20,000 nt of DNA from an uncultured virus (IMG/VR IMGVR_UViG_3300009154_000048) (lineage: Duplodnaviria > Heunggongvirae > Uroviricota > Caudoviricetes). The stretch is taken from IMG/VR virus record IMGVR_UViG_3300009154_000048. One strand, written 5' to 3'. Position numbers and translations under genes: made by a program. The notes beneath the pieces were generated by a model, which saw only the letters and a list, made by a program, of their open reading frames with translations, searched no databases and was not told the origin of the DNA. Of the stretch, positions 7,468 to 14,100 are shown in pieces. Position 1 is the stretch's first letter. Every line of letters begins with the position of its first letter.

Positions 7468-7711
7468 AGTTGCCTAGAATGCGGTTTATTTTGTCTAGCC
7501 AAGGCTGTGCTTTTTTGTAGCGTATCTCGGCTAGTTCCTTGTTACCTTTTTCTGCGGCTTGATTGGCGAGATGTAGCCAATGGCCGCACATCTTCTCTGC
7601 GTGTTGAAGTCGTTCGGAATCGGCTAGGTTCTTGTCTTTGAAGAAGCCCAAGCCGTGGATAGATTTATCCCTTGGTCTTCCCCAACATATGACTTCGTAG
7701 ATTGCTTCCAT
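7463..7711 (-). CDS. Hypothetical protein (82 aa)
   Basis: ORF bounded on both sides by copies of the 27-bp motif. Confidence 0.7.
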   Translation of the reverse strand: MEAIYEVICWGRPRDKSIHGLGFFKDKNLADSERLQHAEKMCGHWLHLANQAAEKGNKELAEIRYKKAQPWLDKINRILGNS

Positions 7712-7716
7712 GTCTT

Positions 7717-7743
7717 CTAACCGTCTGAGGTCGAGAAATCAGG
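7717..7743 (-). promoter_or_regulatory. 27-bp repeated motif copy
   Basis: CCTGATTTCTCGACCTCAGACGGTTAG; precedes 7463..7711. Confidence 0.65.
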
Positions 7744-7746
7744 ACG

Positions 7747-7801
7747 CTCATTTTTTAATGGGTTCCATCCGTCAAACTTACCCCGTGTTTGATTCCGGCG
7801 A
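7747..7801. repeat. 55-bp exact direct repeat, copy 1
   Basis: Identical to 8918..8972. Confidence 0.95.
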
Positions 7802-8150
7802 AGTCCTTTATCAGATACGCGTCGATGGTTGTCATGTTGTTTTTCCAGGCTTTCCAGACGCGGTGGTTGCCGTCGATGATTTCCCATTTTCCGTCCGGTT
7901 TTTCCAGCACTAGAATTGGGAATGAAAGGTCTGCATTCATGGATCTTGTGACCCATTCGCCTTCTGCGTCCACGAACAAGCCTTTTGCGTCCTCGTATTT
8001 CTTTTGGATGTCCGAGATGTTGATGGCGACCGGTTTCAGGTTCTTTTTGGCCCAGGCGGCGATTTCGGGAACGCTGTGGTCACGTCCGTTGATCGTGTAC
8101 AGCGACTTGGGAAAATGATTTTCTGAGAGCCATTGGTGGAAGTTTTTCAC
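7755..8150 (-). CDS. ParB/sulfiredoxin-like N-terminal domain protein
   Basis: ADLSFPILV...WEIIDGNHRVWKA fits the ParB/Srx PI.V...I.DG.HR..A motif; GTG start; no HTH region visible. Confidence 0.8.
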   Translation of the reverse strand: MKNFHQWLSENHFPKSLYTINGRDHSVPEIAAWAKKNLKPVAINISDIQKKYEDAKGLFVDAEGEWVTRSMNADLSFPILVLEKPDGKWEIIDGNHRVWKAWKNNMTTIDAYLIKDFAGIKHGVSLTDGTH

Positions 8151-8154
8151 ATTT

Positions 8155-8162
8155 TATCTATG
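8155..8162 (-). promoter_or_regulatory. Putative T4-like late promoter CATAGATA
   Basis: 4 nt before the start of 7755..8150; resembles the T4 gp55 promoter TATAAATA. Confidence 0.55.
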
Positions 8163-8191
8163 CTTCTACGGATTTTAATGGGTTACGCTTG

Positions 8192-8896
8192 TCAATTATA
8201 AGAAATCGTATCGTAGCCGTGTTTGAGGGCCCATGCCGCCATTTTTTCCAACATTTGCAGGTAGTATTCCAATCTTTCTTCTGTCAGTCCGAAACTGACC
8301 ATTCTGCCGAAGGATTGGTCTGCGCTTTGGTCCGCCCTCAGGGCCATTTGCTTCTCGAAATCCGTTATTTTGGCCAACCTTATGTTGAGATCGGCCACGT
8401 TTATTTCTCCCCATCCTTCTTTGCGCATTCCGAGTAATTTGAAGATTTCCGTGGCGTTTGCGTCTGCAATGTTGATTTGGGGGGCGGGATCATCTACCGG
8501 GGTCACTGAAACTGGGATCCTGTAAACTTCCACCTTTTTCAATCTGCTGACGTCCTTCCTTACCGGTCCGTTCTGTTTCATCCTGAATTCGGGCAGGAGG
8601 TACAGCAGGGCTTTGAGCATTTTGTCTCTGGATTCTTCCGGGATCATTCCCGAATAGAAGTTTATTTCTTCCTTGCGTTCCTCGCCGTAGAAATCTCCAT
8701 CTGGTTCTATAAGATCGGAATTGTATTTGTCAAAACCTGCGGCTTCTAATTCTTTGGGGAACATCGAGTACATCTTGTCTTTAAGATGATAGCACAAGAA
8801 GTGAAGATCCTCATCTTCTTGACTTTTGTCTATTCCACTGACTTGGAAGGACACGGTTTCGTTCAGGCTTTCCAACCACTCGTTGAATTTTTTCAT
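8192..8896 (-). CDS. Hypothetical protein, possibly virion-internal (234 aa)
   Basis: N-terminus MKKFNEWLESLNE; CATATATA box just upstream. Confidence 0.85.
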   Translation of the reverse strand: MKKFNEWLESLNETVSFQVSGIDKSQEDEDLHFLCYHLKDKMYSMFPKELEAAGFDKYNSDLIEPDGDFYGEERKEEINFYSGMIPEESRDKMLKALLYLLPEFRMKQNGPVRKDVSRLKKVEVYRIPVSVTPVDDPAPQINIADANATEIFKLLGMRKEGWGEINVADLNIRLAKITDFEKQMALRADQSADQSFGRMVSFGLTEERLEYYLQMLEKMAAWALKHGYDTISYN

Positions 8897-8903
8897 TTCG
8901 CTT

Positions 8904-8911
8904 TATATATG
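8904..8911 (-). promoter_or_regulatory. Putative T4-like late promoter CATATATA
   Basis: 7 nt before the start of 8192..8896. Confidence 0.55.
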
Positions 8912-8917
8912 CGCCCC

Positions 8918-8972
8918 CTCATTTTTTAATGGGTTCCATCCGTCAAACTTACCCCGTGTTTGATTCCGGCGA
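8918..8972. repeat. 55-bp exact direct repeat, copy 2
   Basis: Identical to 7747..7801. Confidence 0.95.
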
Positions 8973-9129
8973 GGAATGATTCCAGTTCGTATCCCATCTT
9001 GTCTTTGTCTGTGTATTTTCCGATGAGGATGCCTATTTCGTTTCCTAAGTCTCCCAAGTCGCATCCTTGTGGGATTCTGGATTTCTGGAGGTGTTCGATG
9101 AGTTCGGAGGTTATGTCTTGGAGTGTCAT
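8926..9129 (-). CDS. Hypothetical protein (67 aa)
   Basis: Co-oriented ORF; its last 14 aa are identical to those of 7755..8150. Confidence 0.7.
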   Translation of the reverse strand: MTLQDITSELIEHLQKSRIPQGCDLGDLGNEIGILIGKYTDKDKMGYELESFLAGIKHGVSLTDGTH

Positions 9130-9138
9130 GGGGGGCTG

Positions 9139-9789
9139 TTACCTGAGGACTTTGGGAAACCAGACGAGGGTGGGGCTTTTCATGTCCCGTCGGATTGGGC
9201 TGATTCTGGTCACGATGGCTCCCTTCTCGCTGGCGAGCCTTTCTGCGATTCTCCTGTATATCCTTGCCCTTCCATCTTTGGAATCCTCCCTTGTGGACAT
9301 GACGATTCCGTCTGGGGCGAAGTCTTGATAGTACCTTGCGGCGACTTGGCTGATTCCGGCGAAGACTTGGAGGGCGTCCTTTGTGGAGAGGTCCGCCTCG
9401 TCCTTGTCGCTGTACTCCGTGGTGTTCCGCCAGTAGAACCTCTGTCCCACGGGCTGGTACTCGAGCTTGCACTCGCTCCTTCCGAAGTGCATTTCGACGA
9501 CCCTCTGGGTGTCGATCTCTATCTGGTTGACCCATATCGGGCCTTGGGTTTGGAGTTGCGAGAACTCGACGACGAACTGAAAGCCGGTGGGCTGTTCCGT
9601 TCCGAACTCCCCGAGGAAGTCCCTCCTCATCTCGTCCCTGGTCTTCCCTTCCGGCTTATATTCGGGGGCCGCCGAGACGAGTCCCGTGGGGGTCCTGGCC
9701 ATGGCGAAGGAGTACTTGGCCTCCATTCCGTTTCCGTGGAGCCACTTCCTGAAGCTGGCGCGGGTGTCGAGGGTCTCCTTGATTTCCAT
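9139..9789 (-). CDS. Hypothetical phage protein (216 aa), GC-rich
   Basis: Strong GC3 bias in this frame; CATAGATA box 4 nt upstream of the ATG. Confidence 0.8.
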   Translation of the reverse strand: MEIKETLDTRASFRKWLHGNGMEAKYSFAMARTPTGLVSAAPEYKPEGKTRDEMRRDFLGEFGTEQPTGFQFVVEFSQLQTQGPIWVNQIEIDTQRVVEMHFGRSECKLEYQPVGQRFYWRNTTEYSDKDEADLSTKDALQVFAGISQVAARYYQDFAPDGIVMSTREDSKDGRARIYRRIAERLASEKGAIVTRISPIRRDMKSPTLVWFPKVLR

Positions 9790-9793
9790 GTCC

Positions 9794-9801
9794 TATCTAT
9801 G
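9794..9801 (-). promoter_or_regulatory. Putative T4-like late promoter CATAGATA
   Basis: 4 nt before the start of 9139..9789. Confidence 0.55.
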
Positions 9802-9848
9802 TGGTTTGGTTTCATGTTTGTACCGGCTAAATAACGGTGAGGGTTTTC

Positions 9849-9929
9849 ATGAAATCATTTTTGGAATGGCTTAAGAACATAGATCAGTTTGATGATGCGA
9901 GTTATGCTGCCGAAAAATTAGTGCGATAG
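9849..9929 (+). CDS. Small peptide MKSFLEWLKNIDQFDDASYAAEKLVR (26 aa), possibly a gene remnant
   Basis: Translated by hand; GCTAAATA box and GAGG upstream; same N-terminal motif as 8192..8896. Confidence 0.45.
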   Translation: MKSFLEWLKNIDQFDDASYAAEKLVR

Positions 9930-9967
9930 ATTGGTTAAAATTGGGGGTCTGAAATGCCTCCCTTTCT

Positions 9968-9975
9968 CATAAATA
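9968..9975 (+). promoter_or_regulatory. Putative T4-like late promoter CATAAATA
   Basis: Just upstream of the RBS of 9993..10280. Confidence 0.55.
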
Positions 9976-9992
9976 CCCTAAAAGGAGTTTTT

Positions 9993-10280
9993 ATGAGAAC
10001 AGGAAGTTCGTTTTTCGAGGTTTTGTTGTGTACGGGGTTGAGTGTATCTTTGGCTTTGGCCGCTCTTCAATATGTCTCCCCCGCGAAGGAAGTGATTATC
10101 TCTGGGTTCAAGAAGTACGTGAGTGTTGTTGAGAGGGTACAAGATGCCGAAGAAGTGAGGCAAGTTCCGGGTGGAATTAATCTTTTAAGAAAGATGTATG
10201 AATCGGTGGACGGTTCAGTTTTGAGCGTTGAACTTTCTTCTGAGGAGTTGGAATTGTTGAAGTTTCTTTCTGAGGGTTAG
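9993..10280 (+). CDS. Prepilin-like (class III signal) membrane protein (95 aa)
   Basis: AAGGAG RBS before ATG 9993; MRTG/SSFFEVLLCTGLSVSLALAAL has Gly at -1, Glu at +5 and a hydrophobic helix. Confidence 0.6.
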   Translation: MRTGSSFFEVLLCTGLSVSLALAALQYVSPAKEVIISGFKKYVSVVERVQDAEEVRQVPGGINLLRKMYESVDGSVLSVELSSEELELLKFLSEG

Positions 10281-10307
10281 GAACTCATATAATCCAAAGG
10301 AGAAACG

Positions 10308-10382
10308 ATGACTTACGTATTTTGGTTGGTGGCCCTTTTCTGCATCAGTCTTATTTATTATTTGAAGGTGAGCGAGGGATAG
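10308..10382 (+). CDS. Small single-TM peptide MTYVFWLVALFCISLIYYLKVSEG (24 aa)
   Basis: AAAGGAG RBS at normal spacing; hydrophobic core. Confidence 0.55.
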   Translation: MTYVFWLVALFCISLIYYLKVSEG

Positions 10383-10384
10383 AA

Positions 10385-10495
10385 TTATATTTCAATATCC
10401 TCATCCACAGCACTCATGAATGTTACGTGGTACTCTACGTATTTTGTAGCGCTATAAATCGGCTCTTCATTAGAATTTGATTGATTTTCACTCAT
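10385..10495 (-). CDS. Small acidic peptide MSENQSNSNEEPIYSATKYVEYHVTFMSAVDEDIEI (36 aa)
   Basis: AAAGGAG RBS; convergent with 10308..10382. Confidence 0.45.
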   Translation of the reverse strand: MSENQSNSNEEPIYSATKYVEYHVTFMSAVDEDIEI

Positions 10496-10685
10496 ATTTC
10501 TCCTTTAAAGGTAGTTATATGGACCATTTTAGGTATGCTTCTTGAAATATTTTCTTTACCGTAGCGGAAGATTTATTTTACCAATTTTGCATATTTAAAG
10601 ATTATGGGCTCCATTGGTCATTATTTTCATATCCTAATTGCACAAGAGCATCTCCAAAAAATCCAAAAAGAGTTGTATTTCTGAA

Positions 10686-11753
10686 TCATAAAAGCAACTT
10701 TTTTATTGTTTTAACAAATTCTTTGTTTTCAAAATAGTCTTCATAAACACGACGAGCATTTTGAATAATGCGATCTGCTTCATCCGGATGGTCTAAATAA
10801 TAACGACATTTTTCGACAACATCAGAAAAGTCCCAATTAATAGCAACATAAGTCTCTCCATCAATGAAAAAGTTAGGCTTAGTGTCAAGATGAGCCATAG
10901 AAGGTTTTACCAATAAGCAATCATAACATACTGCTTCAAAATCACGCCAGCAACCTTCTCCCCAACCAAAAGGACTAACAACAATCTTGCTACTTTTAAT
11001 TTCCTTCTGATATTGATTATTGGGTATTAAACTATCGACAAATGATCCACTGATGGCTACTCGATAATTAGAGGATAAAAACTCAAGGGCATCAATCGCT
11101 GACTTACGATATTCGTAATACCATTCTTTTTTATGTCGATCACCAAAAGACATCCGACAAAATACATCAATTTCTTTTGGATAAAGACTGGACGATGACC
11201 AACTTTTTGAGTGCTGAAGTGCTTCTTTATAGCGTTTAGCTGTTCCCAAATTCCATCCTGGGATAATGCGTTCTTCATATCCTTTATGGACTTTTGAACC
11301 AACAGACCACTGCTCAAAATTTAGATTACAAGTGTTAGCTAAAAAATTAGTAAATTTTGACCCACCAATAAAGTCTTGGTGATAATCTTGTAAATTTTTA
11401 TAACACTGACGCTTGAGAAACTTATCAACATAAGGTAGCACATTAAAATAGTTGCTACTTGCTTGGGCCCATGGGTCAATAAAAATAAGCTTACGATGAG
11501 GATAAGTAGAGCGAATTTCTTTCAGTGTAGTTTTAACTTTATCAGGGCTTTCTCGCCAAAAAGGTTGTATAAAAATAATTTCCGAATCATATTTTTGACA
11601 AAGTTGTTGAGCCTCATCCAATGTTTCAATATTCAGATATTTGATGGTCAAATCAAGATCTTTTAAAAGATCTTGACTATGGTAGAGAAAAGGTTCATAT
11701 TGCGCTTGACTAATAGCGTCTACTCTGTTGCCCACAAAAAGTGCTGTTTTCAT
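10686..11753 (-). CDS. Glycosyltransferase (GT-B / Glyco_trans_1_2-like C-terminal domain)
   Basis: SKIVVSPFGWGE...RDFEA...CLLVKP...GETYV...DVVEK..YYL.HP.EA.RI..NA pattern. Confidence 0.8.
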   Translation of the reverse strand: MKTALFVGNRVDAISQAQYEPFLYHSQDLLKDLDLTIKYLNIETLDEAQQLCQKYDSEIIFIQPFWRESPDKVKTTLKEIRSTYPHRKLIFIDPWAQASSNYFNVLPYVDKFLKRQCYKNLQDYHQDFIGGSKFTNFLANTCNLNFEQWSVGSKVHKGYEERIIPGWNLGTAKRYKEALQHSKSWSSSSLYPKEIDVFCRMSFGDRHKKEWYYEYRKSAIDALEFLSSNYRVAISGSFVDSLIPNNQYQKEIKSSKIVVSPFGWGEGCWRDFEAVCYDCLLVKPSMAHLDTKPNFFIDGETYVAINWDFSDVVEKCRYYLDHPDEADRIIQNARRVYEDYFENKEFVKTIKKLLL

Positions 11754-11828
11754 AATTTTTACTTTTTTTCTTCAAGGAACAACTGGACTCACCTCCGCCA
11801 ACCCGAAACGAAAAAATCAACTTCTTTT

Positions 11829-12566
11829 TTATAAACTGCTATGAATATTATTTTTTAGTACATGTTTTCCCCTAAAGCCTTCTTTTATCCAAGACTTAAT
11901 AGATTCATTCATATCACAATAAGTGTTTTCATGAATCATCATTTCGTTGTGTTGTTTGTCCCAAGTGTTGTTTCCATTGAACCTATACAAATAGTGAAAA
12001 AATGGAGAGTTGTACCGTATTACCTTAATATTATCTAGCCTCTGTAGGCCCTTTGTATCTTCTCCTATTGAATCCCATTTTGGATAGATGTTGAAAAGAC
12101 ATCTTTTTTTACCCATAACCGTTCCAGGCCATGCCGAGTGTACTGCTTCTGAATTGATAGGTCTTTGTTCGACGTGTATTTTTCCATCAACTTGATGATA
12201 TTGTGCAGCCAATAAAGACACATCGTAATTTTTCATATTCTCATACTGAAATGTCAAACGGTTGCGGTGAGATATGTCGTCGTCGTCCCATTGGCACACA
12301 TATTCACCCTCAGATAAGTCTATACTAATATTTCTTGCTTCGCCAAGTTTAGTTATTTCTTTTATTTTATACATGACAGGTCTGAATCCACTGCTATAAG
12401 AGTAATCTATAAAGTGATTTACATTATTTTCTGTTGAATGAGAATAAACAACAATAAGTTCTTTGTTGCTATAATCTTGGGACAAAAAAGAATCAATCGC
12501 TTGAAAAGTTAATTTATTATCAAGCCTCTTTGTTACCATTAAACAACTTATCATTGGCAGTTTCAT
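11829..12566 (-). CDS. Glycosyltransferase family 2
   Basis: ISCLMVT, SFLSQDYSNKELIVV, LGEARN, GEYVCQWDDDD..H.NRL..Q and GED motifs. Confidence 0.9.
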   Translation of the reverse strand: MKLPMISCLMVTKRLDNKLTFQAIDSFLSQDYSNKELIVVYSHSTENNVNHFIDYSYSSGFRPVMYKIKEITKLGEARNISIDLSEGEYVCQWDDDDISHRNRLTFQYENMKNYDVSLLAAQYHQVDGKIHVEQRPINSEAVHSAWPGTVMGKKRCLFNIYPKWDSIGEDTKGLQRLDNIKVIRYNSPFFHYLYRFNGNNTWDKQHNEMMIHENTYCDMNESIKSWIKEGFRGKHVLKNNIHSSL

Positions 12567-13339
12567 ATTTTACCTATTCTTAGATTTACATTATCTTTCA
12601 AACTGTTGTAAACATTCCAACAAATAGTTTGTATTTCAAACAATTTGTTTGGCTGAATTTCCTCGTATATTCTTTGAAACTTATGCTCCCAACCTCTAAC
12701 ATGCATCTTTTTAGGATGGGGGAGACCCACAGGGCTTTCCCCAGTGAATGCTATGTAAAATAGACACGCCAGCATGTATGCTCCAAATTGCGTCATGTGT
12801 CCGTCATGGTCTGGACTGCCATACGGGATTCCATTTCCATAAACTTTTTCATCTTGATTGTTGTCATATATTTCAAATGCATGTCCTAACGGTATTAATG
12901 TACAGTCTTTGTGTTTGTTTACATATTTAATTGGATATTCAATAAGAGCATCTTTTTTAAGTCGTCCTTTTGAGTGCAAAAACAACCATGGCTCTATAAT
13001 AAACACATTCTTACTTTGATTATGGAGACTCTTAAACACTTTCTTGCGTATTAAAATGTACTTGTCGCGTGTTGAAATGTGCTTGTCTTTTTTTTCTTCT
13101 GGCCAAAAATCTTTTTTAGGTCTAAAAGAGTGCAATATTGCAGATATGTCTGATTTTTCTATGGAAGAACAATAATCATCTAATGAATGTCCTTGTTCTA
13201 AGAAACGATGATTTTCAAATTCTTTAAAGCCCGTTGTTATTTTAATACTAGAATGATCGTTGATAATATCTTCAATCCACAAATGAGTTTGATACCAAGA
13301 CAACAAACAATTTCCATATAAATTAACTGAGGTATTCAT
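12563..13339 (-). CDS. SGNH/GDSL-hydrolase-like protein (possible O-acyl modification)
   Basis: N-terminal LYGNC; IPLGHAF; D..GH...GAY..AC..Y...TG.SP.GLP. Start set by ATGA overlap. Confidence 0.6.
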   Translation of the reverse strand: MNTSVNLYGNCLLSWYQTHLWIEDIINDHSSIKITTGFKEFENHRFLEQGHSLDDYCSSIEKSDISAILHSFRPKKDFWPEEKKDKHISTRDKYILIRKKVFKSLHNQSKNVFIIEPWLFLHSKGRLKKDALIEYPIKYVNKHKDCTLIPLGHAFEIYDNNQDEKVYGNGIPYGSPDHDGHMTQFGAYMLACLFYIAFTGESPVGLPHPKKMHVRGWEHKFQRIYEEIQPNKLFEIQTICWNVYNSLKDNVNLRIGKI

Positions 13340-14100
13340 TTGTATTTCTCCCAAGTTTTATAGATAGTATCTGTCCAACCGTCACATCTCCACCATGTAT
13401 GAAATGATATGGTGTCCGGTTTCCTGGCTGCAAAATGTAAGATGGATATCTTGTCATAATTGTATTTGTTGATTCCATCGTCTTTAAAGTTTAAAAACTG
13501 TGGTTGAAAATTAAAATAAACATCGTCTTCTATTTTGACGTCATTAGATTTACACCACATTGAGATAATGGATTGGTCGGCGAAGATGCTCTCGTTGGAA
13601 AAAGTATCTGTCATTTCGTACAATTGCTTGTAGTTGTCATCAGTTATGTGTCGCTTATTGACTACGAATACGCCCGCATTGCACATGGGTATTGATATGT
13701 TCTTAAAAGCCCTAGCCATGTCTTCGCTTTCATTGTTTGTAAAAAACCTACTGTCTCCATTAAATATATTGTCACATGGCTTTAAAATTACAGTATCGCA
13801 ATCTAAGTGCATAACATTATCAAAATCATCAAAGTATTTCTTGTTCCAGCAATTGTATTTATTGTAAACTATTTTGTTGTTTACCGGACCAAGATTTAAA
13901 AATTCATGATCATCATCTATTTTTACCAACTTAACACGATCATTAAAAGTTTTGAGGAAGTCTAAAAATTGCGATGTAAGAGTATCATAAAAGATAAACA
14001 CCTTAGGATGGTTCGCCCAGTTGATTCTCAAACTATTTAAGCAGTTTGTGGCATACTTTTCATAGTTGTTATCAAGAGCCATGTAGATAGCGTTATTCAT
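13336..14100 (-). CDS. Glycosyltransferase family 8
   Basis: ALDNNY, VMHLDCDTVI (DxD), NAGVFV, ADQSII, FNFQ and ILHFA..KP motifs. Confidence 0.9.
   Translation of the reverse strand: MNNAIYMALDNNYEKYATNCLNSLRINWANHPKVFIFYDTLTSQFLDFLKTFNDRVKLVKIDDDHEFLNLGPVNNKIVYNKYNCWNKKYFDDFDNVMHLDCDTVILKPCDNIFNGDSRFFTNNESEDMARAFKNISIPMCNAGVFVVNKRHITDDNYKQLYEMTDTFSNESIFADQSIISMWCKSNDVKIEDDVYFNFQPQFLNFKDDGINKYNYDKISILHFAARKPDTISFHTWWRCDGWTDTIYKTWEKYK

Noticed and set aside
1700..7743. Repeats interpreted as a CRISPR array or integron attC sites
   Set aside because: Spacing is gene-sized and irregular, and no cas or integrase gene is present. GTTRRRY fits only one copy, and there is no RYYYAAC inverse core or long hairpin.
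8903..9874. Long overlapping ORFs 8903..9535 (-), 9067..9834 (+) and similar
   Set aside because: Shadow frames expected in the GC-rich gene 9139..9789; skewed composition and no supporting signals.
9849..9940. Stop-codon reassignment explaining the short MKSFLEWL ORF
   Set aside because: A TAA follows three codons after the TAG, and the long genes read normally under code 11.
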